In this document: piece by piece, positions 43,622-53,808 of the stretch | How positions within the stretch are numbered: position 1 is the stretch's first letter | Layout of the letters: every line of letters starts with the position of its first letter | Source of the DNA: an uncultured Candidatus Saccharibacteria bacterium | GTDB lineage: Bacteria > Patescibacteriota > SICC01 | DNA length: 64,000 nt | NCBI GenBank assembly: GCA_964525455.1 | Contig: CAZGHP010000001.1 | Span: 74,739-138,738, forward strand | Direction: 5' to 3' | Program-made: the position numbers and the translations under genes | The notes under the pieces: model-generated | The model's database searches: none | What the model was told of the DNA's origin: nothing | What the model saw: only the letters and a program-made list of their open reading frames with translations

Positions 43622-45832
43622 GTGACCCTCCTCGACGAACTCAACGAAGACCAACGGAAGGCCGCCGCGACCACGGACGGCCCGGTGCTGATCCTGGCCG
43701 GCGCCGGTTCCGGCAAGACCCGGGCGCTGACGTACCGGGTAGCGCACCTGATCCAGGAGAAAGGCGTGCCCGCGGCGGCGATTCTCGCGGTGACGTTCAC
43801 TAACAAGGCCGCCGGTGAGATGAAGGAGCGGGTCCGCGACATCCTCAAGACGCACGGCCAAGGGCGCGCCGACCTCCCGATGGTTGGCACGTTCCATGCG
43901 GTCTGCGTGCGGATCCTCCGCGCGGACGGCGCGCAGATCGGCCTGGCGCCCGGCTTCACCATCTACGATGCCCACGACTCCCAGGTGGCGGTGAAGACGG
44001 TGATGGATTACCTCCAGATTTCCCAGAAGCAGTACAACCCCGGGTTCGTGCGGCACGCGATTTCCGCGGCCAAGAACGAACTGGTGGATGCCGCGAAGTA
44101 CGGCGAACTCGCGCAAGGCGAACCGCAGGCGACCATCGCCGCGATCTACCGCGAGTACCAGAAACTGCTCAGGCGGAACGACGCCCTCGACTTTGACGAC
44201 CTGCTCGTCGAGGCCGCACGCCTCTTCTCGACCAAGCCGGAGGTGCTTGCAAAGTACCAACGCCGCTGGCGCTACGTGATGGTGGACGAGTACCAGGACA
44301 CCAACCACGTGCAGTACGTGCTCACGAGCCTGCTCGCCAAGGCGCACCGCAACCTCTGTGTGGTCGGCGATCCGGACCAGGGTATCTATTCCTGGCGGGG
44401 TGCCGACATCCGGAACATCCTGCAGTTCGAAGAGGACTATCCCGACGCGACGGTCGTGAAGCTCGAGCGCAACTACCGCTCAACCCAAAACATCCTCGAT
44501 GCCGCCCAGGCGGTAATCGAGAAGAACAGCAGCCGGAAGGAAAAGGCGCTGTGGACGGAGGCCGGCCCGGGCGAGAAGCTCCGGCTCTTCGAGGCGCGCA
44601 ACGAACGGGACGAAGCGGACCAGATCGTGAAGGAGATCCGCCGGTTGCGGGCGGAGGGGTTCGCCTTACGTGACTTCGCGGTATTGTATCGGACCAACGC
44701 CCAGAGCCGCGTCGTGGAGGAACGGTTAATCGCGGCCTCCTTGCCGTACCGCGTGGTCGGTGGCGTCCGGTTCTACGAGCGGAAGGAGATCAAGGACGTG
44801 CTGGCGTATCTGCGGGCGTTGCAGAACCCGAACGACACGCTCAGCTGGAGACGGATCATCAACGTGCCGACCCGCGGGATCGGCGACAAGGCGCTGGCAG
44901 TGTTGCTGGAGACGGCCGATCGGCAGGGCCTTTCGCTGAAGGCCGTGGTCGAGCGGGCCGGTGAGCTCGGTGAGCTGGCACCGGGAAGCCGCAAGGCCGT
45001 CGAGCGGTTCGCCGGACTCCACGCGAAACTACGAAAATTGGTCGAGGACGGCGGTACGGTGGATGAGCTGGTCGTCGCGGTACTCAAGGAAACCGGCTAC
45101 GCCGAGTGGATCGACGACGGGACCGTCGAGGCGGCGGCACGGCTCGAGAACCTCAAGGAGCTTTCTACCGCCGCCAAACGCTACGATCACCTCAAGGGTG
45201 AGGAAGGACTTTCCGTATTCCTAGAGGATGTCTCGCTGATCACCGACGTGGACCAGTACGACCAGCAGGCGGACAGCGTCACCCTGATGACGCTACATGC
45301 GGCCAAAGGGCTGGAGTTCCCGGTGGTGATGATCGTCGGGTTGGAAGAAGGGATCTTCCCGCACTCGCGGAGCTTGCTCGAAGCGAGTGAGATGGAAGAG
45401 GAGCGCCGGCTGGCGTACGTCGGCATGACCCGGGCGATGCAGCGGCTTTACTTGTTGCACGCGTCCTCGCGGGTGCTCTACGGCAACATCCAGTCCAACC
45501 TGCCGTCGCGGTTCTTGGCGGAGATTCCCGAGCACCTCCTAGAGATGATCGGCACCCCGACCGGTACGCCCCGACAGGACCGGGGTGGCTGGTCGCTGCA
45601 GGGTACCGGCTTGCCGGGAACCGGGGTACCGGCGGGCCCGGCGGACACTCCGCATCCTGCCGACGAGTTCAACCAGGAGCCGGTCTACCTGGAGGCCGGC
45701 GACATCGTCGTGCATCCCAAGTTCGGGCGCGGGACGGTACGGGAGGTCGGTGACACGGTCCTCACGGTGGACTTCGACGGTTCGGTGAAGAAGCTTTCCT
45801 CGGCGTTCGCGGGGATGCTGAAGAAAGCGTAA
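43622..45832 (+). CDS. pcrA: ATP-dependent DNA helicase PcrA/UvrD
   Basis: LILAGAGSGKTRALTYR, VDEYQDTN, full set of SF1 motifs. Confidence 0.9.
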   Translation: MTLLDELNEDQRKAAATTDGPVLILAGAGSGKTRALTYRVAHLIQEKGVPAAAILAVTFTNKAAGEMKERVRDILKTHGQGRADLPMVGTFHAVCVRILRADGAQIGLAPGFTIYDAHDSQVAVKTVMDYLQISQKQYNPGFVRHAISAAKNELVDAAKYGELAQGEPQATIAAIYREYQKLLRRNDALDFDDLLVEAARLFSTKPEVLAKYQRRWRYVMVDEYQDTNHVQYVLTSLLAKAHRNLCVVGDPDQGIYSWRGADIRNILQFEEDYPDATVVKLERNYRSTQNILDAAQAVIEKNSSRKEKALWTEAGPGEKLRLFEARNERDEADQIVKEIRRLRAEGFALRDFAVLYRTNAQSRVVEERLIAASLPYRVVGGVRFYERKEIKDVLAYLRALQNPNDTLSWRRIINVPTRGIGDKALAVLLETADRQGLSLKAVVERAGELGELAPGSRKAVERFAGLHAKLRKLVEDGGTVDELVVAVLKETGYAEWIDDGTVEAAARLENLKELSTAAKRYDHLKGEEGLSVFLEDVSLITDVDQYDQQADSVTLMTLHAAKGLEFPVVMIVGLEEGIFPHSRSLLEASEMEEERRLAYVGMTRAMQRLYLLHASSRVLYGNIQSNLPSRFLAEIPEHLLEMIGTPTGTPRQDRGGWSLQGTGLPGTGVPAGPADTPHPADEFNQEPVYLEAGDIVVHPKFGRGTVREVGDTVLTVDFDGSVKKLSSAFAGMLKKA

Positions 45833-45837
45833 GGGCC

Positions 45838-46635
45838 GTGGAACGGATCCACGCCCGGAAGTCGCTCGGCCAGCATTGGCTGGCGGATCCCGCGGTCGTC
45901 CGTGACGTACTGGATGCCGCTGCGTTGACCGGCGCGGAGACCGTGGTCGAGGTCGGACCGGGGCCGGGAGTGCTCACGCCGGGCCTGTGTGAGCGTGCCA
46001 AGCGGGTGATCGCGATCGAGCTCGACGAACGGCTGATTCCGAAGCTCAAGGAACATACCGCGCAGTGCGGAAACCTGGAGATCCGGCAAGGCGACATCCT
46101 CCAGACTGACCTCGCGGAACTGCCACGGCCGTACCAAGTCGTGGCGAACGTGCCGTACTACATCACCTCGAAGATCATCCGGCACTTCCTCGGATCGCCA
46201 GCCCGCCCGGAAACGATGACGCTCACCGTCCAGGCTGAGGTCGCGGAGCGTATCTGTGCCGCCCCGCCGAAGATGAGCGTCCTGGCGGTGTCCGTACAAC
46301 TCTACGGCAGGCCGCGAATCGCCGGACGGATCCCGGCCGCCGCCTTCTCCCCGCCGCCGGAAGTGGACTCGGCGATCCTACGCGTCGATGGCATCGGCAA
46401 GGACCTGGAAACGACGCTTGGCGGCGTCTCGGAAGCGGCGCTCTTCGCCGTGGTCCGGGCCGGTTTCGCCGAAAAACGAAAGCAGGTCCACAACAGCCTG
46501 GCGCGGAACCTGGACCTATCCCACGAGCAGTCCGCGGTGCTGCTGGAACGCGCCGGCATCAGCCCGACACGGCGGGCGGAGACCCTGACGATCGCGGAGT
46601 GGACGACGCTGGCCCGCCAGGCTACTCGACGGTGA
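45838..46635 (+). CDS. rsmA: 16S rRNA (adenine1518/1519-N6)-dimethyltransferase
   Basis: SLGQHWL, VVEVGPGPGVLT, NVPY motif. Confidence 0.85.
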   Translation: MERIHARKSLGQHWLADPAVVRDVLDAAALTGAETVVEVGPGPGVLTPGLCERAKRVIAIELDERLIPKLKEHTAQCGNLEIRQGDILQTDLAELPRPYQVVANVPYYITSKIIRHFLGSPARPETMTLTVQAEVAERICAAPPKMSVLAVSVQLYGRPRIAGRIPAAAFSPPPEVDSAILRVDGIGKDLETTLGGVSEAALFAVVRAGFAEKRKQVHNSLARNLDLSHEQSAVLLERAGISPTRRAETLTIAEWTTLARQATRR

Positions 46636-48463
46636 CGCTCTTGGCGAGGTTTCGCGGCATGTCCACGTTCTTACCGCGGGATACGGCCATCTCGTAAGCG
46701 AGCAATTGGAGCGGGATCGCCAGCGTGAACGGCTCCAGGACTTCGTGTGTCTTCGGTACTTCGATGACGGCACCCGCCAGGGCGTCCAGCTCCCGGTTAC
46801 CCGCGGTCGTGACGGCTAACACCGACCCCTCCCGGGCGCGTACCTCTTCCAGGTTCGACTTCGTCTTCTCATAGAGCGCGTTCCGCGGCGCCAGGAATAC
46901 CGCGAGCAGGCTCGGATCCACCAACGCGATCGGACCGTGCTTCATCTCGCCGGCGGGATACGCCTCCGCGTGCACGTACGAAATCTCCTTGAGCTTGATC
47001 GCACCCTCGAGTGCCATCGGATATGCCGAACCGCGGCCGAGATAAAGGGCATTCTCGATCCGGTCGTACTGCTTTACCGCCTCAGCCACTGCCGCCCGTT
47101 CCTTCACCTGGGCGGCCAGGATCTCCGGCAGCCGTCCGGCTTCGTCCACGAGCGCGCGGCCTTCCTCCTCCGACAGGTCCCGGGTCCGGCCGACCTGGAC
47201 AGCCAGCAGCAATAGGGCGCCGAGCATGTTCATAAAGGCCTTGGTGGATGCCACTCCGATTTCCGGCCCGGCGTGCAGGTACGTTCCACCGTCCGCGACC
47301 TCGCGGGCAATGGTCGAGCCCACTACGTTGATCATGCCGACGGTCCGCGCCCCTTTCGCCTTGGCCTCCCGGATCGCCGCCAACGTGTCGGCCGTCTCTC
47401 CGGATTGTGAGATCGCGATGCAAAGCGTCCGCGGGCCGACGATCGGGTTGCGGTAACGCCACTCGCTGGCGACCACCGCGGTCGCCGGGATCCGCGCCAA
47501 CCGTTCCAGCCAGTACGCACCGACCTGTCCGGCGTAAAGCGCCGTGCCGCAGCCGATCAGGACCACCTGGTCGATCTCCCGCAGTTCGCTGTCGGTCAGG
47601 CCGATGCCGCCGAGCTTGGCGGAACCGGCATCCGGGCGGAACCGGCCGCGGAACACGTCACGGAGCGCCTCCGGCTGCTCGTGGATCTCTTTCAGCATGA
47701 AATGGGCGAAACCGCGCTTCTGCACGTCGTCCACTCTCCCGCTGATCTTGGTGATCCGGCGGCTGACCGGGCCGCCCTCAAGCGTCTCCAGCTTCACGGC
47801 ATCGGCGGTGATCTCCGCGAGTTCGTCATCCTCAAGGTAGACCACCCGACGGGTCCGGCCGAGCAACGCCGAGGTGTCCGAGGCGACCAGGTGTTCGGTA
47901 TCGCCATAACCGATCACCAGAGGGCTTCCGCGCCGGGCGGCTACAAGCATGTCCGGGTAGTCGGCCGAAAGGACGACGATTCCGAACGTACCGCGGACCT
48001 CACGCAACGCCGCGCGTACTCCGGCGACCAGGGGCCGCTTGGCCTTTTTCGACACGGCCCGCCCGACTTCCCGCGCGACCAGATGCGTAAGCACCTCCGT
48101 ATCGGTCTCGCTGGTGAAAACCGCGCCCCCGGCTTCCAGCAGCTCCCGCAGCGAACGGTAGTTCTCGATGATCCCGTTGTGTACCAGGGCGAGCCGGCCG
48201 GCGACATGCGGATGGGCATTGGCCTCGCTCGGTACCCCGTGCGTGGCCCAGCGGGTGTGGGCGATGCCGACGGTGGCCTGTGACGCGAGAAGCTTCGCTT
48301 CCAGCTCGGCCACCTTGCCGACCGACTTCGTCACCTGTAGCGAGTCGCCACCCAGTTCAGCGATGCCGGCCGAATCGTACCCGCGGTATTCCAGGCGCTT
48401 CAATCCTCCGATCAGCACCGGGCGCGCTGCGTCACGTCCCACGTAACCGGCGATACCGCACAT
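46622..48463 (-). CDS. glmS: glutamine--fructose-6-phosphate aminotransferase
   Basis: MCGIAGYVG N-terminus at ATG 48463 within longer ORF; SIS domains; ends VTVE. Confidence 0.9.
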   Translation of the reverse strand: MCGIAGYVGRDAARPVLIGGLKRLEYRGYDSAGIAELGGDSLQVTKSVGKVAELEAKLLASQATVGIAHTRWATHGVPSEANAHPHVAGRLALVHNGIIENYRSLRELLEAGGAVFTSETDTEVLTHLVAREVGRAVSKKAKRPLVAGVRAALREVRGTFGIVVLSADYPDMLVAARRGSPLVIGYGDTEHLVASDTSALLGRTRRVVYLEDDELAEITADAVKLETLEGGPVSRRITKISGRVDDVQKRGFAHFMLKEIHEQPEALRDVFRGRFRPDAGSAKLGGIGLTDSELREIDQVVLIGCGTALYAGQVGAYWLERLARIPATAVVASEWRYRNPIVGPRTLCIAISQSGETADTLAAIREAKAKGARTVGMINVVGSTIAREVADGGTYLHAGPEIGVASTKAFMNMLGALLLLAVQVGRTRDLSEEEGRALVDEAGRLPEILAAQVKERAAVAEAVKQYDRIENALYLGRGSAYPMALEGAIKLKEISYVHAEAYPAGEMKHGPIALVDPSLLAVFLAPRNALYEKTKSNLEEVRAREGSVLAVTTAGNRELDALAGAVIEVPKTHEVLEPFTLAIPLQLLAYEMAVSRGKNVDMPRNLAKSVTVE

Positions 48464-48499
48464 GCCGACAGTATAGCGCGTGCGTCGTACACTGGATGC

Positions 48500-49192
48500 A
48501 TGCCAGCCAAGGTTACCGCTACGCCGGGGACAGACCGCAAGCCGGTATTGGTGTTCGTGCCGGGCCTTGGCGCGGATGGGTCGGTGTACGCACCGCTCCT
48601 GAACGCGCTCCGTGGCGACTTCGACGTGCGTTCGGCCGACCACTCGCTCAGATTTCCACTGGACGGCCTTTCCTGGGACTTTTTCTTCGAATCGATCGAC
48701 CGGGCACTAGGCGGCGAACCGGGATATCTGGTGGGTCACTCGATGGGTGGGGCGATCGCGCTCAGGTACGCTGCCCGTCATCCGGAACGGGTCCGGAGGG
48801 TCGTGACCGTTGCGCCGGTCCTGTTCCCGTTCCAGCGGGAGCGCCACCGCGCCCGGGAACGTACCCGCAATGCCCTGCTCGCCCTTACGGGCGGGCATCC
48901 GCTGCACGTTCTCCATGCCCTGCGTACGATCCGACGGCGGACTGCCGGCGGCCGAGCCCGGAAGCTGTATGACTTCGTGGACACGATCGACCTCAGTACG
49001 GACCTTCCCCGGCTGCGCCAGGCCACGATCCTGTTTCCCGAGCAAGAAGAGATCATCCCACACGCCCACGGGAGACGCGTGCCGATGGAATTCCCAAACG
49101 TGGTGGTGAAGCGGGTGCCAGGCAGCCATCACGCCGTCGCCCTGGCACCGCGCAAGCTCCTGCCGCTCATTCGGGAGGAACTCCATGATTGA
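48500..49192 (+). CDS. alpha/beta-fold hydrolase
   Basis: VLVFVPGLGADG and nucleophile elbow GHSMGG. Confidence 0.7.
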   Translation: MPAKVTATPGTDRKPVLVFVPGLGADGSVYAPLLNALRGDFDVRSADHSLRFPLDGLSWDFFFESIDRALGGEPGYLVGHSMGGAIALRYAARHPERVRRVVTVAPVLFPFQRERHRARERTRNALLALTGGHPLHVLHALRTIRRRTAGGRARKLYDFVDTIDLSTDLPRLRQATILFPEQEEIIPHAHGRRVPMEFPNVVVKRVPGSHHAVALAPRKLLPLIREELHD

Positions 49193-49871
49193 GTCGGCAG
49201 ACCGGCAGCCGGGAACGTTATTCGTCGTCGCGACGCCAATCGGTAATCTCAGCGACATCACGTTCCGGGCGATCGAGACGCTCCGGCGGGTCACCGTCAT
49301 TCTCGCCGAAGATACGCGGACGACCAGGAAACTCCTCACCCGGTACGACATCAGGACGCCGGTCCGGACATACCATCAGCACACCCGGGGCCGTACGGAG
49401 GATGGGATCGTCGCGGACCTGGCCGGCGGCCTCGACCTCGCGCTGGTGACCGACGCCGGCACCCCCGCGATCGCGGACCCGGGCGGGCGGCTGGTGGAGC
49501 TGGCACGGCGGAGCGGCGTACCGGTGGTGCCGATCCCCGGGGCGTCAGCGGTGACTACCGCGCTGTCCGCGGTCGGGCTCGGTGGCGACCAGTTCACATT
49601 CCTCGGCTTCCTGCCGAACAAGAAAGGCCGCCAGAAAAAATTGGACCAGCTTGGCGGCATGGTCTCGCCGGTCGTGCTGTACGAGTCCCCGCACCGGCTC
49701 GAGAAACTCCTTCGGGAGCTCACCCTGCGCCATCCCGAAGCGCAGATCTCCGTAGCCCGGGAGATCACCAAGAAGTTCGAGGATATCCGGGTCGGGACAC
49801 CGGCGGAACTCGCGGCACACTTCGCCACCCATCCGCCGAAAGGCGAGATCGTCGTCGTGGTCCGGCCGTAA
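49185..49871 (+). CDS. rsmI: 16S rRNA (cytidine1402-2'-O)-methyltransferase
   Basis: LFVVATPIGNLSDITFRAIETL...ILAEDTR. Confidence 0.8.
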   Translation: MIESADRQPGTLFVVATPIGNLSDITFRAIETLRRVTVILAEDTRTTRKLLTRYDIRTPVRTYHQHTRGRTEDGIVADLAGGLDLALVTDAGTPAIADPGGRLVELARRSGVPVVPIPGASAVTTALSAVGLGGDQFTFLGFLPNKKGRQKKLDQLGGMVSPVVLYESPHRLEKLLRELTLRHPEAQISVAREITKKFEDIRVGTPAELAAHFATHPPKGEIVVVVRP

Positions 49872-49887
49872 GTTCTCAATTGAGAAC
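49872..49887. promoter_or_regulatory. 16-bp perfect palindrome GTTCTCAATTGAGAAC between rsmI and metG
   Basis: Perfect inverted repeat directly after rsmI stop, 22 nt before metG ATG. Confidence 0.35.
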
Positions 49888-49908
49888 CCCGCTGTACAAT
49901 GGCTCCGT

Positions 49909-51441
49909 ATGGCGAAAATCCAACAAGCGCAGGGTAAGTTCTACGTCACGTCGTCGATTCCGTACGTGAATGCCGACCCGCACATCGGACACGCCACGGA
50001 AGCGGCACAGGCCGACGTGATTGCCCGCTGGCACCGGCTGCGCGGTGATGACACGTTCTTCCTGACCGGCACCGATGAGAACAGCCAGAAACTGATCAAG
50101 GCCGCGGAGCGGGAAGGAACGACGCCGCAACGGGTCGCCGACCGCTACGCCGAGCGATTCAGGAAGCTCGCGACCGCGCTCGACCTCTCGAACGATGACT
50201 TCATCCGCACGACCGACCAGCAGCGCCACTACCCGGCCGCCATCAAGGTCTGGCAACGGCTCGTCGAGCGGGACCTGATCTACAAGGGCACGTACCGCGG
50301 CCTCTACTGCGTCGATTGCGAGCATTATTACACCGAGGCGGAACTCAGGGACGGCAAATGTCCGATCCATGGCACGCCGCCCGAGCGGCTCGAGGAAGAG
50401 AATTACTTCTTCAAACTGTCGGCCTTCGGTGACCGGATCCGGAAGGTCATCGAATCCGGCGAATACGCGATCGAGCCAGCGTCCCGGCGGAACGAAGTGC
50501 TGGCGTTCCTGGACGGCGAACTCAGGGACATCAGCTTCTCCCGCCCGGCGAAGAAGCTGGAGATGGGTGTGCCGGTCCCGGGCGACGACTCGCAGCGGAT
50601 GTACGTCTGGTGCGACGCGCTGACCAATTATATTTCCGGTATCGGGTACGGCCGGGATGAGGCGAAGTATGACCGGTACTGGCCGGCGGATCTCCACGTC
50701 ATCGGCAAGGACATCTGGAAGTTCCATGCCGTCTACTGGCCGGCGATGCTGCTGGGTGCGGAGCTGCCGCTTCCGCTGAAGCTCTACATCCACGGCTTCT
50801 TCACCATCGACGGGCAGAAGATGAGCAAGTCGAAAGGTAACGTGATCGATCCGTTCGAGCTGGTGGAGCGGCACGGAGCGGACGCCGTCCGCTACTATCT
50901 CCTCCGCGCGCTTCCGTATGCCGGTGACGGCGATTTCTCGGAGCGCCATTTCACTGAACTGTACGATGCCGAGCTGGCCAACGACCTGGGCAACCTGGCA
51001 AGCCGCGTACTCACGTTGATCGAGAAGAAGTGCGGCGGCAAAATTCCAGCGGGTGCCGCCAATCCGAAGCTCAAGGAACACGTCGGCCAAGCGCATCACG
51101 AACTCGCCAACCTGCTCGATGCACCGAAGTTCGCGGAAGCGCTCGAGCACCTGAACGGACTGGTCTCGCAGGCGAACAAGTTCGTCGACAAGACCCAGCC
51201 GTTCAAGCAGGAAGGGCAACCGCTCGCCGATTCGCTCTATACGCTGACGCAGGTGCTCGGCCACCTCAGCCTGCTCTATGCGCCGTTCATTCCCGGCAAA
51301 GCCGGGGAGCTGCAGGCGCGGCTCGGGCTGGAATCGACCGGCTGGGATGCCGAGTCATTGCTTGAGTGGGAAAAGGTGCCGCCCGGTACCACGGTGAGCC
51401 GTGGTGACCCGCTCTTTCCGCGGCAGGCGAGCGGGCGATAG
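49909..51441 (+). CDS. metG: methionyl-tRNA synthetase (short form without C-terminal tRNA-binding domain)
   Basis: PYVNADPHIGHA (HIGH), KMSKS; 510 aa. Confidence 0.9.
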   Translation: MAKIQQAQGKFYVTSSIPYVNADPHIGHATEAAQADVIARWHRLRGDDTFFLTGTDENSQKLIKAAEREGTTPQRVADRYAERFRKLATALDLSNDDFIRTTDQQRHYPAAIKVWQRLVERDLIYKGTYRGLYCVDCEHYYTEAELRDGKCPIHGTPPERLEEENYFFKLSAFGDRIRKVIESGEYAIEPASRRNEVLAFLDGELRDISFSRPAKKLEMGVPVPGDDSQRMYVWCDALTNYISGIGYGRDEAKYDRYWPADLHVIGKDIWKFHAVYWPAMLLGAELPLPLKLYIHGFFTIDGQKMSKSKGNVIDPFELVERHGADAVRYYLLRALPYAGDGDFSERHFTELYDAELANDLGNLASRVLTLIEKKCGGKIPAGAANPKLKEHVGQAHHELANLLDAPKFAEALEHLNGLVSQANKFVDKTQPFKQEGQPLADSLYTLTQVLGHLSLLYAPFIPGKAGELQARLGLESTGWDAESLLEWEKVPPGTTVSRGDPLFPRQASGR

Positions 51442-51470
51442 CCTAAGATAAGAGCGAAAACAAACCCCCT

Positions 51471-52637
51471 ATGCTCGGACTTAAGGCCACCCATCTCCAC
51501 GCGCACTTCCATCTGCATGAGATCCGCCTTACGGAAGTCAGACGGCTCTACTGGTCGCACAGCCTCAAGCTGATCGCCTCCAACCTGGTGACCGTCTTCA
51601 TCCCGATCTACCTCCTGAACCTCGGGTACGACCTGGGTCAGATCGTCCTGTTCTACCTGCTGATGGCGGTGTTCTGGGGAGCGCTGCAGTATCCGATCCT
51701 GTGGTTCGGTAATCGCATCGGTGCCAACAAGTCGATGGCGATCAGTTTCTTCTTCCAGTTCGCCCAGTTGGTACTGCTGGCGACCTTGCCATCCGCCGGG
51801 TGGCCTCTGTGGCTGTTATCACTGTCGTGGGCGATATACGTCGCTGCCTATTATCCTTGCTTTCGGGCCAGTTTCGCAAAAGGCCTGGGAGGTAAGCATC
51901 CCGGCCGCTCCGTAGGCGTCGCCACTGCCCTCACGACCGTGGCATACGGGATCGCGCCGGCGGTGGGAGGGATCGTCGCGACGGTCTTCAGCATCACAGC
52001 CGTCTATGTAGCGGCGATGGCGATCCTGGTCCTGGCGGCGATCCCGCTGCTGAGCGGACCGGAGATCATCAAGAACGACCCCTTCAAGCTTTCCTCCCTG
52101 CGTCTGCGCCGGGTGGCGCGCGACTTCGTCGCCAACGCCGCCTCCGAGGTGGATGACGTCGCGCTCTCGATCGTCTGGCCGCTCCTGATATTCCTGATTA
52201 TTCCGACGTATGCGGGCGTCGGGATTCTGAGCTCCCTCGCCGTCATCAGCGGAATCGGTATCTCGTTGTACGTCGGCAAGCGCGAGGAGCGCCGCGGCGT
52301 CCACCATTATCTGAACCGAGGTGTCGCGGTGACAGCCGTTTCCAATGCCGGTCGCTTGGCGGCGGATACCGTCACCTCGATCGCTACCGTTAACATGTTC
52401 AGTGGACTGGGACACGCGCTGATGAACACCCCGTACGTGACCGAGTACTATCGGGAGGGCAACCGGGAACCGCGACTTGCATACATGTACGGCATGATGA
52501 TGGCCTGCGCCATCATGGACAGTCTGTTCTTTGGTCTGCTCTATGTACTGACCGGCGTAGTCGAGGACAAGACCGTGCTGATCGCCGGTCTTGCCCTGAT
52601 CGTGCCGGTTACGTGGGCGATCCGTTTAATCCGGTAA
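51471..52637 (+). CDS. MFS-type transporter (paralog 1) with His-rich N-terminus
   Basis: 12-TM profile; N-terminal HLHAHFHLHE; paralogous to next gene. Confidence 0.55.
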   Translation: MLGLKATHLHAHFHLHEIRLTEVRRLYWSHSLKLIASNLVTVFIPIYLLNLGYDLGQIVLFYLLMAVFWGALQYPILWFGNRIGANKSMAISFFFQFAQLVLLATLPSAGWPLWLLSLSWAIYVAAYYPCFRASFAKGLGGKHPGRSVGVATALTTVAYGIAPAVGGIVATVFSITAVYVAAMAILVLAAIPLLSGPEIIKNDPFKLSSLRLRRVARDFVANAASEVDDVALSIVWPLLIFLIIPTYAGVGILSSLAVISGIGISLYVGKREERRGVHHYLNRGVAVTAVSNAGRLAADTVTSIATVNMFSGLGHALMNTPYVTEYYREGNREPRLAYMYGMMMACAIMDSLFFGLLYVLTGVVEDKTVLIAGLALIVPVTWAIRLIR

Positions 52638-52652
52638 GGTGAAGGCAAATAC

Positions 52653-53801
52653 ATGCTCAATTTCGCCCACCACAGCCACTACCATACGCCCCGATTGACG
52701 GAACTCCGTCACCTTTATTGGTCCCACGGGATCGCCGCCCTCGGCGCCGCCTCGGTCCAGGTGCTGGCGCCCGTCTACCTGCTGAAGATCGGGTATTCGG
52801 TGGAGCAGGTCGTCCTCTTCTTCCTGCTCGCTTTCGCCGTGTCGGGTCCGCTGTATTTCCTCGCGGCGTGGTTGGTCAGCAAGGTCAACGCGAACCGGGT
52901 CATGGCATTGGCCGAAGTGAGCATGGCGCTCTTCCTGGCCAGCCTGTTCGTATTGCCGCTCCTGGACTGGCCGATCTGGTGGGCGGCGCTCTTCAAGGCC
53001 GCCGACCGGGCGCTCTATTGGCCGGCGTTCCACGCAAGCTTCTCCAAGTCCGAGGCTCACCGCCGCCGAGGCAGTCAGGTCGGATTGATGAACGCCCTGG
53101 TGATCGGAGCGCACGGCGTGGCACCCGCGGCCGGCGGCGTCATCGCGACGGTATTCGGGATCGGCTGGGTGTACGGCATCGCCGGCGGCCTGCTCTTATC
53201 CGCCGGACTGATCCTGTTCCGCTCCCCGAACGTCGTCAGGCACCGGCCCCTCAATCTTCGGCTCCTGCACCGCCGGATACTCCCCGACCTCGCGGCGAAC
53301 TTCTCGCAGAGCACTTTTTACGTCGTGGAGGGCGTGGTCTGGCCGATCCTGATCTTCCTGATCATTCCGACCTATGCCGGCGTCGGCGTCCTCAGCTCGG
53401 TGGCGGTACTCAGTGCCGCGGCGGTATCTTTGGCCGTCGGCCGGCGCGAGGACAAGCGGGGAGAGCGACGTTACCTGAAAGGGGGCGCCGTCGCCATGTC
53501 GGGCACGAACACGTTCCGCCTGCTGGCTTCGTCCACCAGCCACGTCGCCGGCGTGAATCTCATCAGCGGCCTGGGGCAATCACTGCTTACCACCGCGTAC
53601 CTCAGCCGGTACTACAAGCACGCCGACGAGGAGCCGCGCCTTGAGTATGTCCTGGCCATGGAAATCGCGCATGTGATCGGGCTCGTCTGTCAGTTGTCGC
53701 TCCTACTGCTCCTACTCCAGGCGATACCTGACAAGGACGCGCTGCTGGCGCTCGTGTTCCTCGGCGTACCGCTCAGCCTGGGAGTGCGATGGATCCGGTA
53801 G
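52653..53801 (+). CDS. MFS-type transporter (paralog 2) with His-rich N-terminus
   Basis: Shared RLTELRHLYWSH, IPTYAGVG(I/V)LSS blocks with upstream paralog. Confidence 0.55.
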   Translation: MLNFAHHSHYHTPRLTELRHLYWSHGIAALGAASVQVLAPVYLLKIGYSVEQVVLFFLLAFAVSGPLYFLAAWLVSKVNANRVMALAEVSMALFLASLFVLPLLDWPIWWAALFKAADRALYWPAFHASFSKSEAHRRRGSQVGLMNALVIGAHGVAPAAGGVIATVFGIGWVYGIAGGLLLSAGLILFRSPNVVRHRPLNLRLLHRRILPDLAANFSQSTFYVVEGVVWPILIFLIIPTYAGVGVLSSVAVLSAAAVSLAVGRREDKRGERRYLKGGAVAMSGTNTFRLLASSTSHVAGVNLISGLGQSLLTTAYLSRYYKHADEEPRLEYVLAMEIAHVIGLVCQLSLLLLLLQAIPDKDALLALVFLGVPLSLGVRWIR

Positions 53802-53808
53802 GGGCGGC

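Noticed and set aside
49876-51264. 462-aa minus-strand ORF
   Set aside because: Antisense to metG
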